From positions 1-37,378 of the forward strand of contig CALBND010000098.1 of NCBI GenBank assembly GCA_937896305.1: 37,378 bases of DNA. The letters are read 5' to 3'. The translations under genes and the position numbers were made by a program. Below, one piece after another: positions 10,118 to 23,488 of the stretch. The notes under the pieces were generated by a model. It saw nothing but the letters and a program-made list of their open reading frames with translations. It was not told the origin of the DNA and made no database searches. How positions within the stretch are numbered: the stretch's first letter is position 1; the number at the start of each line of letters is the position of its first letter. Source of the DNA: an uncultured Actinomycetes bacterium. Its GTDB lineage: Bacteria; Actinomycetota; Actinomycetes; S36-B12; UBA5976.

Positions 10118-11452
10118 GTGGGCCGATTATTCGGCACCGATGGTGTGCGTGGAGTTGCTAATAAAGATTTAACTCCCGAATTAGTTTTTTCCCTTGGTAA
10201 AGCTGCCTCCTTAGTTATTGCTCAACAACACGGCTCAGGTAAAGCAAAAGCTGTTGTGGGTAGAGATCCAAGAGCTTCAGGTGAAATGTTAGAAGCAGCC
10301 TTAATCGCAGGTTTGGCCACAACTGGAGTAGAAGTTTTAAAAGTTGGAGTCCTCCCAACACCAGCAATTGCTTATTTAACTCAATATTATTCTGCTGATT
10401 TAGGTGTAGTTTTATCTGCTTCGCATAATGTGTTTTCAGATAACGGCGTTAAATTCTTTTCCAAAGATGGCAAAAAATTACCTGATACCACAGAAGATGA
10501 AATAGAAAAAAACCTAGAAACAATTGTGCCCCATCCAACGGGCAGTGAGATTGGAAGAGTCAAAGAAATGGCAGATGCCTATGAGGCATACCTGCATCAT
10601 TTATTAGAAACTATCCCCACAGGATCCTTGAAGGGATTAAAAATTGCAGTTGATTGCGCCAATGGCGCAGCCTCAGAATCAGCACCTGATTTATATCAAA
10701 GAGCAGGAGCAGATGTAATTGCAATTCATAATGCTCCCGATGGCATAAATATTAATGACAATTGTGGTTCAACTCATCTTGAATCATTAATAGAAACAGT
10801 TAAGAAAAATAAATGTGATTTAGGCATCGCTCACGATGGTGATGCCGATAGATGTTTAGCAATTGATTCTCAAGGAAACATTATTGATGGTGATCACATT
10901 TTAGCTATCTTGGCAAACGATTTTAAGAACTCTGGCAATTTAAACAATGACACAGTTGTTTCAACTGTGATGGCAAATCTTGGATTTAAATTAGCTATGC
11001 AATCATCAAAAATATCTGTGATCCAAACAGCAGTAGGAGATAGATATGTCTTAGAAGCAATGGAAGAAAACAATTTTGTTTTAGGTGGGGAACAATCAGG
11101 ACATGTGATTATGCGCAATCACTCCACAACTGGAGATGGTTTATTAACTGCGCTACAGCTAATGAATGCTGTTGTTAATTCAAATAGAACATTAGGTGAA
11201 TTAGCTGGTGTTGTTACTAAGTTTCCTCAAGTATTGATAAATGTTTCAGGTGTAGATAGAGCAAAAATAGATAACCCTATTTTGCAAGAAGAAGTTCAAA
11301 AGATAGAAAAAACTTTAGCTGATAAGGGAAGAGTGTTATTGCGTTCCAGTGGAACTGAACCATTAATCAGAGTTATGGTTGAAGCAGAAACTGCCCAACA
11401 AGCACAAGAAATAGCTGAAGCTTTAGCTGCAGTGGTTAAAAAAACCTGTTAA
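10118..11452 (+). CDS. glmM: phosphoglucosamine mutase
   Basis: 444 aa, GTG start. GRLFGTDGVRG N-terminus, phosphoserine loop SASHN, GDADR metal loop. Confidence 0.95.
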   Translation: MGRLFGTDGVRGVANKDLTPELVFSLGKAASLVIAQQHGSGKAKAVVGRDPRASGEMLEAALIAGLATTGVEVLKVGVLPTPAIAYLTQYYSADLGVVLSASHNVFSDNGVKFFSKDGKKLPDTTEDEIEKNLETIVPHPTGSEIGRVKEMADAYEAYLHHLLETIPTGSLKGLKIAVDCANGAASESAPDLYQRAGADVIAIHNAPDGININDNCGSTHLESLIETVKKNKCDLGIAHDGDADRCLAIDSQGNIIDGDHILAILANDFKNSGNLNNDTVVSTVMANLGFKLAMQSSKISVIQTAVGDRYVLEAMEENNFVLGGEQSGHVIMRNHSTTGDGLLTALQLMNAVVNSNRTLGELAGVVTKFPQVLINVSGVDRAKIDNPILQEEVQKIEKTLADKGRVLLRSSGTEPLIRVMVEAETAQQAQEIAEALAAVVKKTC

Positions 11453-12048
11453 ACCAGTAACACCTTTAAAAGAATTTCATCAATTAAACTTACCCATTTA
11501 TCTTCATCAATTCGGTTAGGATTAATGTCATCCACAATTTTTCCTAAGGTGTAGGCCTGGATAAAGACTGCAAGCACTTGAGGATCTAAATCTTTTCTGA
11601 TGAATTCTTTTTCAATTGCTTCACGAATAATATCGGTTAAAGCAGTTGTTAGTCTTGTCTGTTCAACTGATAAAGCTTTATGAAATCTTTCATTATCTAG
11701 AGTTAAACTGATGGTCTCAGTTCTTTCAAGTCTTCTACTTGATTGTGAAAAATTTTGAGTCGAGACTGTAACTTCATGTAGAGCTTTTACTGCATCTTCT
11801 TTAGTTTTTGAACTGGCAATCAAGTTGCTAATTATTTCAATTGATGAATCAACCCATCGGGAAAACTTCACAATTCGAACAGTTTCGATTAGGTGATTGA
11901 AGTCTTCAAAATGGTGGTAAAGAGATCCCTTGGTTATACCTGATGTTTCCAAAACCATCTCAGAGGTAATTGAGCGAAAGTTATTGGTTTTTAAAAGTTC
12001 CAAATAAGTCTGGATTAACTTTTCCTTGGTGGGGTGCAGAATCGCCAT
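11449..12048 (-). CDS. TetR family transcriptional regulator
   Basis: 199 aa. N-terminal HTH (TSEMVLETSGITKGSLYHHFEDF) with an all-helical C-terminal region. Its stop overlaps the glmM stop in a shared TTAA. Confidence 0.8.
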   Translation of the reverse strand: MAILHPTKEKLIQTYLELLKTNNFRSITSEMVLETSGITKGSLYHHFEDFNHLIETVRIVKFSRWVDSSIEIISNLIASSKTKEDAVKALHEVTVSTQNFSQSSRRLERTETISLTLDNERFHKALSVEQTRLTTALTDIIREAIEKEFIRKDLDPQVLAVFIQAYTLGKIVDDINPNRIDEDKWVSLIDEILLKVLLV

Positions 12049-12050
12049 AA

Positions 12051-12064
12051 AGTTAAGTTTAACT
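12051..12064. promoter_or_regulatory. candidate TetR autoregulatory operator (6-2-6 palindrome)
   Basis: AGTTAA-GT-TTAACT is a perfect inverted repeat 3-16 nt upstream of the TetR ATG (12048). No Shine-Dalgarno is visible there. AT-rich palindromes are not rare in this genome. Confidence 0.25.
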
Positions 12065-12105
12065 GATGACTCCAGCCACGTGTCAGGGAGATAAGTGTTA
12101 TGTGA

Positions 12106-12789
12106 TTATTTACTTATAACATCTAGAAACCAACTAGTTTTATTTGTTGGTTTTATTAATTCACATTTAAATTCTTTGCTGAGTAGTTTCTGTAATTCTT
12201 GAGCTGTTTTTGGCACCTTAGATTGCTTGACTAAAAAGTTTGCTACTTCACCTCTAGTTTTCTTAGACATATGTGTCACCACAGATTTTTTACCATTTTT
12301 TATAATAAAAACTCTGATTCCAACAGTTTTATTTAAATCTGGAACCCAAACTCCTTGATAAGTAGAAGATCTGCAATCAATAATCAAAGGGGTTTTAATT
12401 TTTTCTAAAGCTGTTGGAATTACTTGTTTCCACAAAGCATTAAGAGATCCTATTTTTGGTAACGATTTGGCCATATCAAGTTTGTAGGTTGGAATTTTAT
12501 CTAACAATTGCACAGCTCCAAAAACTGCAGAAATGATCACAATATTTTTTTCAGCTCTTTTTTTGCTGGCAGTATTTAGATTTAAATAATCAAGTGCTTG
12601 ATACAAGACACCTGAATAAACATTTATGGCTTTATCACTTGCAGCTTTGAGTATCTTTGAGCCAAGTGCGTTTAAGACTTGTTTCCTGGTAGTAGTTAAT
12701 TCTTTGGCAAAGGAAAGGGAGGCAAGTGAGACCGGTTTGCCCTTTTGAATAAGGTTTTTTCCTTCACTGGGAGGCAACAAGATAAGCAC
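12106..12789 (-). CDS. yaaA: YaaA family (DUF328) peroxide stress protein
   Basis: 227 aa. The MLILLPPSEGK N-terminus and overall size are typical of DUF328/YaaA. Confidence 0.75.
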   Translation of the reverse strand: MLILLPPSEGKNLIQKGKPVSLASLSFAKELTTTRKQVLNALGSKILKAASDKAINVYSGVLYQALDYLNLNTASKKRAEKNIVIISAVFGAVQLLDKIPTYKLDMAKSLPKIGSLNALWKQVIPTALEKIKTPLIIDCRSSTYQGVWVPDLNKTVGIRVFIIKNGKKSVVTHMSKKTRGEVANFLVKQSKVPKTAQELQKLLSKEFKCELIKPTNKTSWFLDVISK

Positions 12790-12836
12790 AGATAGCAGAC
12801 TACTTCAAAACTTCTTTCCCCTAGACTCAAAGCACA

Positions 12837-14687
12837 ATGTGTGGAATTGTTGGATACGTCGGAGACAAGCAAGCCTTAGCCGTAGTGGTTGAGGGGCTTC
12901 GTCGTCTTGAGTATCGCGGTTATGACTCTGCTGGTGTTGCAGTTGTGCAAGATCACAAACTCGAGGTTAGAAAAAAAGCTGGCAAACTTGTTAATTTAGA
13001 AACTCTTTTAGGAACAGATCCTTTACCAAATTCCACAACTGGAATAGGTCACACTCGTTGGGCAACCCACGGTATCCCTAATGATGCAAATGCTCATCCG
13101 CACACAGATGTTGCAAACGAAATAGCAGTTATTCATAACGGAATTATTGAAAACTTTGCAGAATTAAGAAAAGAATTACAAAACAATGGCATTAAATTAA
13201 GCAGTGACACAGATACTGAAGTTGTAGCACATTTACTTAGTTTTGAATATCCTAAATCAAATAATGACTTAGCAGAAAGTATGCGAAAAGTAGTTCGTAA
13301 ACTAAAAGGTGCTTTTACGTTAGTAGCAGTTCATGCCCAACAACCAGATGTCGTAGTTGGAGCAAGAAGAAACTCACCTCTTGTGGTTGGACGAGGTGAA
13401 GGGGAAAACTTTTTAGCTTCAGATGTTGCTGCATTCATTTCTCATACCAAAAACGCTATTGAATTAGGTCAAGATCAAGTTGTGGAATTAAAAAAAGACA
13501 AAATAACAATTACAGACTTTGAAGGCAAGCCTGCGCAAACTAAAGAATTTGTTGTGAACTGGGATGCCCAAGCTGCTGAAAAAGGTGGCTTTGATCTATT
13601 TATGTTAAAAGAGATATTTGAACAACCAAAAGCAGTTGCTGAAACTTTAGTTGGTCGTTTAAGTGATGATGGCAAAGTAACTTTAGAAGAAATGAAATTA
13701 AGTGCTGCTGAAATTAAAAAGTTTGAAAAAATAATCTTTGTAGCTTGCGGCACTGCTTATCATTCAGGCCTAATTGGTAAATATGCCATGGAGCGCTGGG
13801 CCAGAATTCCATGCGAAGTTGAAGTTGCCAGTGAATTTAGATACCGTGATCCAATTTTGAATGACAAAACTTTAATTGTGGCTATTTCTCAAAGCGGTGA
13901 AACCATGGACACACTTATGGCCATAAGGCATGCAAAATCTCAAGGGGCAAAAGTTTTAGCAATCTGTAACACTCAAGGATCAACTATTCCTCGTGAATCA
14001 GATGCAGTTTTATATACCCGTGGGGGACCTGAAATTGCTGTTGCTTCCACAAAAGCATTCTTAACCCAAGTAGTTGCTGTTGAAATGCTTTCTCTTTATT
14101 TTGCTCAATTAAGACTTGATAAACCAACTACAGAAATTAAACAAGTAATGACGGAATTAGCTGACATTTCTTACAAAATAGATGTAGTACTTGACACCAC
14201 AGAAGCGGTAAATGATTTAGCTAAAAAATATGTGAACGCAAACAGTGTGCTATTTATTGGTCGACATGTAGGTTTTCCAATAGCACTAGAAGGTGCTTTA
14301 AAATTAAAAGAACTTGCCTATATGCACGCTGAAGGATTTGCAGCTGGAGAATTAAAACATGGACCAATAGCTTTAATTGAAGATGGCATCCCAGTGGTGG
14401 TAATTGTGCCAAGTGTGAGAGTAGAAAAAGAATTACACGAAAAAGTTGTCAGCAATATTCAAGAAATAAGAGCAAGGGGAGCCAAAACAATATTGATTGT
14501 GGAAGAAGAAGATGATTCGGTTCTTGATTTTGCAGATCACATCATCCGGATTCCTCAAACCAGCTCACTTTTGCAACCTTTGGTGGCAACTGTTCCTTTA
14601 CAAGTATTTTCCTGCGCACTGGCCACACTGAAAGGCCACGATGTTGACCAACCCCGTAATCTGGCTAAATCGGTAACAGTTGAGTAG
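12837..14687 (+). CDS. glmS: glutamine--fructose-6-phosphate aminotransferase (isomerizing)
   Basis: 616 aa. Ntn Cys in MCGIVGY, two SIS domains, and the canonical C-terminal ...KSVTVE. Confidence 0.97.
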   Translation: MCGIVGYVGDKQALAVVVEGLRRLEYRGYDSAGVAVVQDHKLEVRKKAGKLVNLETLLGTDPLPNSTTGIGHTRWATHGIPNDANAHPHTDVANEIAVIHNGIIENFAELRKELQNNGIKLSSDTDTEVVAHLLSFEYPKSNNDLAESMRKVVRKLKGAFTLVAVHAQQPDVVVGARRNSPLVVGRGEGENFLASDVAAFISHTKNAIELGQDQVVELKKDKITITDFEGKPAQTKEFVVNWDAQAAEKGGFDLFMLKEIFEQPKAVAETLVGRLSDDGKVTLEEMKLSAAEIKKFEKIIFVACGTAYHSGLIGKYAMERWARIPCEVEVASEFRYRDPILNDKTLIVAISQSGETMDTLMAIRHAKSQGAKVLAICNTQGSTIPRESDAVLYTRGGPEIAVASTKAFLTQVVAVEMLSLYFAQLRLDKPTTEIKQVMTELADISYKIDVVLDTTEAVNDLAKKYVNANSVLFIGRHVGFPIALEGALKLKELAYMHAEGFAAGELKHGPIALIEDGIPVVVIVPSVRVEKELHEKVVSNIQEIRARGAKTILIVEEEDDSVLDFADHIIRIPQTSSLLQPLVATVPLQVFSCALATLKGHDVDQPRNLAKSVTVE

Positions 14688-14702
14688 TGAGGAAATAGTT
14701 AA

Positions 14703-15074
14703 ATGATCATAGGTATCGGTGTTGATGTTGTTGACACTCCTCGTTTTCAAGGATCTCTCATTAGAACTCCTGGATTATCAAATCGTTTGTTTACCGAAAG
14801 AGAAATTGCTACACCCGGAGGAAAAGGTGAAAACGCAGTTTCCTTAGCTGCCAGATTTGCTGCCAAAGAAGCAGTCGCAAAAGCTTTAGGTGCACCAGCT
14901 GGTTTAAGTTGGCAAGATTGCGAAATATTAATTGGCCAACGTGGCAAACCATATTTAGAAATATCTGGCACAGTTTTAGCTGAAGCTAAAAATCAAGGAA
15001 TTACTAATTGGCATTTATCACTTTCTCATGATGGAAATATTGCAACTGCTTTCGTTATTGCTGAAAAGCAATAA
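14703..15074 (+). CDS. acpS: holo-[acyl-carrier-protein] synthase
   Basis: 123 aa. [11 protein letters not shown]-terminus, [19 protein letters not shown]. Confidence 0.92.
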   Translation: MIIGIGVDVVDTPRFQGSLIRTPGLSNRLFTEREIATPGGKGENAVSLAARFAAKEAVAKALGAPAGLSWQDCEILIGQRGKPYLEISGTVLAEAKNQGITNWHLSLSHDGNIATAFVIAEKQ

Positions 15075-15093
15075 ATTAGACGTAGGAATATAA

Positions 15094-16224
15094 ATGTCTA
15101 ATTTGCGTGGTGCCTATATTGATTTAGCAGCCATCAGAGAAAACGTCACAGTCTTACAAGATTTAGCAAAAAATTCTGAAGTTATGGCAGTAGTTAAAGC
15201 CGATGCCTATGGTCATGGACTAATTCCCACAGCAAAAGCAGCCAGACAAGGTGGGGCAAATTGGCTGGGCACCGCCCTTTTAGAAGAAGCAATTGAATTA
15301 AGAAAAGCTGGAGATCAAGGAAAAATTCTTACCTGGCTTGGATCTCCCAATGATCAGTGGGAAAAATGTGTTGATTTAGGAATCGATGTTTCTGTTTCCT
15401 CTATGGAAATAGCTGTATCAGTAATTGCAGGTGCCAAAAAATGTGGCAAAACTGCTCAAGTGCACATAAAAGTTGACACCGGTTTAGGAAGAAATGGAGT
15501 TAGTCCAAAAGACTTACCCGAACTGCTTGATTACTTATTAGATGCAAAAGCCCAAGGTTTAATAGAAATAGTGGCAGTCTGGACACACTTTGCACTAGCA
15601 GATGCTCCAAGTAGTCCAACCATCATGAAACAACTGGAAGTACTTGATGAAAGTTTTAAATATATTTCTTCTAAGGGAATTAGAAACTTAATGAAACATG
15701 CTGCCAATAGTGCAGCAACACTTACTGCACCTCACACACATTTTGATTTAGTAAGACCAGGTATTGCCGTTTATGGAATCACTCCTGGTGGCGAAGTTGG
15801 ACCAGCTTCAGAATTTGGTTTAAGACCAGCAATGACTTTAAAAGCAGAAGTAGCTTTAGTTAAAGAATTACCTAAAGGACATGGTATTTCTTATGGGTCA
15901 GAATATGTCACAAGTAAAGACACCAAAATTGCTTTAATTCCACTTGGTTATGCAGATGGGGTTCCTCGAATCGCAGGAAATAAAGGTGTGGTTTTAGCTA
16001 ATGGTAAAACTTTTAATGTTGCAGGACGAATCTGTATGGATCAATTTATGATCGATATTGACGATCTAGATTTACAAGCAGGAGATGAAGTAATACTTTT
16101 TGGTGATCCTGCAAAAAATCATCCCGATGTTGAACAATGGGCAAAAGCTTCTCAAAGTATTGGATATGAAATTATTACCCGACTTGGACCACGAGTTCCT
16201 CGTATATATTTAAACGAAATTTAG
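15094..16224 (+). CDS. alr: alanine racemase
   Basis: 376 aa. PLP-Lys motif AVVKADAYGHG and C-terminal GYEIITRLGPRVPR. Confidence 0.93.
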   Translation: MSNLRGAYIDLAAIRENVTVLQDLAKNSEVMAVVKADAYGHGLIPTAKAARQGGANWLGTALLEEAIELRKAGDQGKILTWLGSPNDQWEKCVDLGIDVSVSSMEIAVSVIAGAKKCGKTAQVHIKVDTGLGRNGVSPKDLPELLDYLLDAKAQGLIEIVAVWTHFALADAPSSPTIMKQLEVLDESFKYISSKGIRNLMKHAANSAATLTAPHTHFDLVRPGIAVYGITPGGEVGPASEFGLRPAMTLKAEVALVKELPKGHGISYGSEYVTSKDTKIALIPLGYADGVPRIAGNKGVVLANGKTFNVAGRICMDQFMIDIDDLDLQAGDEVILFGDPAKNHPDVEQWAKASQSIGYEIITRLGPRVPRIYLNEI

Positions 16225-16238
16225 AAATCACTTAGTTT

Positions 16239-16697
16239 ATGCCTCTAACAATTCAAACTAATAGTGCAACTGAAACCAAAGAATTAGGTAAAAAACTAGG
16301 TCAGCTCTTAAAACCAGGAAATGTTGTTTTATTGGATGGGGAATTAGGGGCTGGAAAAACCACATTTACCCAAGGAATAGCTCAAGATTTAGAAATAAAA
16401 GGACATGTCACAAGCCCCACCTTCGTTATCGCCCGAGAACATAAAGCCATAGGCAAAGGACCAGCACTAGTTCATGTTGATGCATATCGTTTAAATACTT
16501 TGGCAGAAATTTCTCATTTAGATCTGGCAAGTGATTTAGAGCAAAGCATTTTAGTTGTGGAGTGGGGCAAGGGACTGGTAAATGATTTAGTAACCGAGCC
16601 CATCCACATTCAAATTAATCAGTTTGTGGATAATGAAGAGAGAAGAGAATTTGTTATCTCCGCAGACGAATCAATACTTGAAGGATTGGCCAAATAA
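16239..16697 (+). CDS. tsaE: tRNA t6A37 biosynthesis ATPase TsaE
   Basis: 152 aa. Walker A GELGAGKTT and SPTFVI motif. Operon position next to tsaB-rimI-tsaD. Confidence 0.9.
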   Translation: MPLTIQTNSATETKELGKKLGQLLKPGNVVLLDGELGAGKTTFTQGIAQDLEIKGHVTSPTFVIAREHKAIGKGPALVHVDAYRLNTLAEISHLDLASDLEQSILVVEWGKGLVNDLVTEPIHIQINQFVDNEERREFVISADESILEGLAK

Positions 16698-17374
16698 TGA
16701 AAGGCCCAACTAATTTATTAGTGGTTGATACCTCAACTAACAGAATCGCTGTGGCACTTTTACAATTTGGAAAACCTGCAGTAGTAGCGATAAAAGATGA
16801 TGGTTTAAGGCATGCAGAATTTTGTGCTCAACTAATTAAACAAGTTATTGATGAATCAGGATTATTGAGCCCAGAACTTGGTGGAATTATTTGTGGAATT
16901 GGTCCAGGACCTTTTACTGGTTTAAGAGTTGGCATTGTAAGCGCCCAAACAATAAGTTATGCCCTAAATATTCCAGTTTATGGAATTTGTAGCCATGATG
17001 CTCTTGCTTTTGAATATGTAAGTAAAAATGGAAACAAAGAATTCACCGTTGTGACAGATGCCAGAAGAAAAGAAGTTTATTGGACCCAATATCAAGGGAT
17101 CAGACGAATTAGTACTCCGAGAGTTTCTAAATTAGAAGAGGTTCCTAATAATTTTCCGTTAGTAATAAATGAAGGCCTAGATCCAGTTGCATTAGGAAAT
17201 GCTGCCATTGAAGCATTCAATAGATCTGAAATTCGAGAAGAAATAAAAAGTTTTGCCACAGATTCCAGTTCAGGTGATGGTTCAATAGTGGCACTTCCTA
17301 GACAAGTTTTACTCCCCCCAATTCCGCTTTATTTGAGAAGACCAGATGCCCTAACTTTGGCTGAACGCGCATGA
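16697..17374 (+). CDS. tsaB: tRNA t6A37 biosynthesis protein TsaB (YeaZ)
   Basis: 225 aa. LVVDTST...GPGPFTGLRVG, an inactive Kae1/M22 homolog. TAATG overlap with tsaE. Confidence 0.88.
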   Translation: MKGPTNLLVVDTSTNRIAVALLQFGKPAVVAIKDDGLRHAEFCAQLIKQVIDESGLLSPELGGIICGIGPGPFTGLRVGIVSAQTISYALNIPVYGICSHDALAFEYVSKNGNKEFTVVTDARRKEVYWTQYQGIRRISTPRVSKLEEVPNNFPLVINEGLDPVALGNAAIEAFNRSEIREEIKSFATDSSSGDGSIVALPRQVLLPPIPLYLRRPDALTLAERA

Positions 17375-17823
17375 GTTTAAAAATAGAACCATTGAGTTGG
17401 TGGCATATTGCGAAAGCTCATAAAATAGATCAGCAAGTTTTTAATGCCACTGCTTGGTCATTAAATACTTTTTGGGATGAACTAAGTCTGCAAAACCGCT
17501 ACTACTTAGCTTTGACTGATGAAAAAGGTGAAATTGTAGGTTTTGGCGGTGCTGCCTTTAATGGGGCAGATGCCGATATTCAAACCATGGTGATTAAACC
17601 TGAGTATCAAAATAAAGGATTTGGGGGCAAATTATTAGATGCCTTGTTAGAAAAAATTAAAGAAAAAAACGCTAACCGAATTTCCCTTGAAGTAGTGGCA
17701 GAAAATCAACCTGCAATTGCACTATATAAATCAAGAAAATTTGATCAAATCGCTAAAAGAAGTAACTATTATCCCAACGGAAATGACGCGGTCGTTATGC
17801 AACTTGATTTGAGAAGTAAATGA
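17371..17823 (+). CDS. rimI: ribosomal-protein-alanine N-acetyltransferase (GNAT)
   Basis: 150 aa. GNAT acetyl-CoA motif ([10 protein letters not shown]). ATGA overlaps with both neighbours. Confidence 0.85.
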   Translation: MSLKIEPLSWWHIAKAHKIDQQVFNATAWSLNTFWDELSLQNRYYLALTDEKGEIVGFGGAAFNGADADIQTMVIKPEYQNKGFGGKLLDALLEKIKEKNANRISLEVVAENQPAIALYKSRKFDQIAKRSNYYPNGNDAVVMQLDLRSK

Positions 17824-18863
17824 CAAATCCATTAATCCTAGGAATTGAAACATCTTGTGATGAAACAGGAATTGGAATCGTTAGAGGAAACCAATTATTA
17901 GCCGACACCTTGGCATCTTCTGTGGAAGAACAGGCAAGATTTGGTGGAGTAGTACCTGAAGTTGCATCAAGAGCACACGTCGAAGCAATGATTCCTACAA
18001 TAAAAAAATCAGTTGAAGCCTCTGGCATAAGTTTAAATCAAATAGATGCAATTGCTGTGACTAGTGGACCAGGTTTAGCAGGTGCATTAGTAGTGGGAGT
18101 AGCTGCTGCTAAAGCATTGGCGGTTGCTTTAAATAAACCAATTTATGGGGTAAACCATTTAGCAGCACACGTAGCAGTTGACACTTTAGAAAACGGGGCT
18201 TTGCCTGAACCTTGTTTAGCATTATTAGTTAGTGGTGGACATTCTTCTTTACTAAAAGTTAATAATATTAATTATTCAATTGAGTCTTTAGGTAAAACTT
18301 TAGACGATGCAGCAGGTGAAGCCTTTGATAAAGTTGCTCGAGTTTTAGGTTTACCTTTTCCTGGTGGCCCCTGGATTGACAAAGCAGCACAAAGTGGTGA
18401 TCAATTATCAATTGATTTCCCTAAAGGATTAATGAGCAAACAAGATTTAATTGATCATACTTATGATTTTTCATTCTCTGGCTTAAAAACTGCGGTTGCC
18501 AGATGGGTGCAAGCCTGGCAAAAAACTGGAGAAGCAATACCTGTGGCAGATGTTGCCGCATCTTTTCAAGAAGCCGTCGTTGAAGTATTGGTTAAAAAAA
18601 CTATGTTGGCTGCCCAAAACTTTGGGATTAACACTGTAGTTATTGGTGGCGGGGTAGCTGCAAATTCCAGATTAAGAGCAATGGCTCAAAGTGAAGCCGA
18701 AAAACATGGAGTAAGAGTCAGAATTCCTAGACCAGCACTTTGTACAGACAATGGCGCGATGGTGGCAGCCCTTGGTTCACATTTATATAGTGCAGGACTT
18801 GATCCAGCAGACTTAAGTTTTGAAGTAGACCCAACACTTGATATCACCCAAGTCCAAGCCTAA
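17820..18863 (+). CDS. tsaD: tRNA N6-adenosine threonylcarbamoyltransferase TsaD
   Basis: 347 aa. [11 protein letters not shown]-terminus, HxxxH metal motif (NHLAAH), GGGVAAN. Confidence 0.95.
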   Translation: MTNPLILGIETSCDETGIGIVRGNQLLADTLASSVEEQARFGGVVPEVASRAHVEAMIPTIKKSVEASGISLNQIDAIAVTSGPGLAGALVVGVAAAKALAVALNKPIYGVNHLAAHVAVDTLENGALPEPCLALLVSGGHSSLLKVNNINYSIESLGKTLDDAAGEAFDKVARVLGLPFPGGPWIDKAAQSGDQLSIDFPKGLMSKQDLIDHTYDFSFSGLKTAVARWVQAWQKTGEAIPVADVAASFQEAVVEVLVKKTMLAAQNFGINTVVIGGGVAANSRLRAMAQSEAEKHGVRVRIPRPALCTDNGAMVAALGSHLYSAGLDPADLSFEVDPTLDITQVQA

Positions 18864-18884
18864 ATCCGGACAATGAAGCAAAAT

Positions 18885-18905
18885 ACCTTTTCTTAAGGTT
18901 TTTTT
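18885..18905 (+). terminator. weak candidate intrinsic terminator after tsaD
   Basis: ACCTT/AAGGT 5-bp stem, loop TTCTT, followed by a T6 run (18900-18905). The stem is short, so this is tentative. Confidence 0.35.
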
Positions 18906-18916
18906 GCCCAATTGCT

Positions 18917-18930
18917 ATTATTGAAATAAT
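18917..18930. promoter_or_regulatory. AT-rich inverted repeat upstream of katG (candidate Fur-family/PerR-like box)
   Basis: ATTATT-GA-AATAAT is a perfect 6-2-6 palindrome about 120 nt upstream of the katG ATG. It resembles the A/T-rich inverted repeats of Fur-family operators but matches no consensus exactly. Confidence 0.2.
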
Positions 18931-18994
18931 CACGCTGCAAACTCCATTTTTTCCGACGTAGTGCATAGGCTCGGAGCTGGAGTAGATAATGTGA

Positions 18995-21208
<2,214 letters not shown>

Positions 21209-21228
21209 ATAGAAAATAGTAAGAGCTC

Positions 21229-21275
21229 AAAAGAACTGCCTAGGCCCAGTAGTGGACCTAGGCAGTTCTTTTTGC
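21229..21275 (+). terminator. intrinsic terminator after katG
   Basis: AAAAGAACTGCCTAGG (21229-21244) pairs with CCTAGGCAGTTCTTTT (21257-21272). GC-containing 14-16 bp stem followed by a T-run. Confidence 0.8.
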
Positions 21276-21302
21276 CCCACAGATTGGTCAATTTTGCTCA
21301 AT

Positions 21303-21329
21303 CTGGCACTCGAGTTGTGAGAGTGCTAA
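21303..21329. promoter_or_regulatory. CIRCE operator (HrcA binding site) upstream of groES
   Basis: CTGGCACTC-N9-GAGTGCTAA versus the consensus TTAGCACTC-N9-GAGTGCTAA. The right half is perfect and the left half has 2 mismatches. It lies 88 nt upstream of the groES GTG. Confidence 0.9.
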
Positions 21330-21416
21330 CGACTTGGTAAGTTAGGACTTAAGCCTTTTCCATGAATGTGGGAAAGACCCAAATCAAAAACCTCATCCCA
21401 TGAAGGGGAGTAGACC

Positions 21417-21716
21417 GTGGCGGTCCAAATTAAACCACTCGAGGATCGAATCCTCGTTGAAGTACTAGACGCTGAAACAAAAACTGCGTCAGGCTTAGTA
21501 ATCCCAGATACTGCAAAAGAAAAACCTCAAGAAGGCAAAGTAGTTGCAGTTGGTCCAGGTCGTTTCGACGAAGACGGCGAAAAGCGTGTGCCTATGGATA
21601 TCAAAACTGGCGACACTGTAATTTTCTCAAAATACGGTGGCACAGAAGTTAGCTACGATGGCAAAGATTATTTATTGCTATCAGCACGTGATGTTTTAGC
21701 AATCGTCTCAAAGTAA
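21417..21716 (+). CDS. groES: co-chaperonin GroES
   Basis: 99 aa, GTG start after [19 protein letters not shown]...[23 protein letters not shown]. Confidence 0.96.
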   Translation: MAVQIKPLEDRILVEVLDAETKTASGLVIPDTAKEKPQEGKVVAVGPGRFDEDGEKRVPMDIKTGDTVIFSKYGGTEVSYDGKDYLLLSARDVLAIVSK

Positions 21717-21734
21717 ACAACTAAACAAAATCAT

Positions 21735-21767
21735 TTTGCTCCGGTTTAATACCTAAACCGGAGCAAA
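21735..21767 (+). other. 14-bp stem-loop in the groES-groEL spacer
   Basis: TTTGCTCCGGTTTA (21735-21748) pairs perfectly with TAAACCGGAGCAAA (21754-21767), loop ATACC, and no T-run follows. It may be an intercistronic attenuator or mRNA processing/stability element. Confidence 0.5.
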
Positions 21768-21783
21768 TAAAAACTTAATTTAG

Positions 21784-23421
<1,638 letters not shown>

Positions 23422-23437
23422 ATAATTAAAAAATTAA

Positions 23438-23465
23438 GGGCTGTTTCATTAATTTGAAACAGCCC
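23438..23465. terminator. bidirectional terminator between groEL and the CopC-domain gene
   Basis: GGGCTGTTTCA (23438-23448) pairs with TGAAACAGCCC (23455-23465), with A/T runs on both flanks. Confidence 0.75.
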
Positions 23466-23488
23466 ATAATTTATTTTAAATCTCTTTT

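Noticed and set aside
12790-12836. A glmS ribozyme upstream of glmS
   Set aside because: The spacer is only 47 nt, far too short for the ~170-nt ribozyme, and has no conserved core. The region is just a divergent promoter region shared with yaaA.
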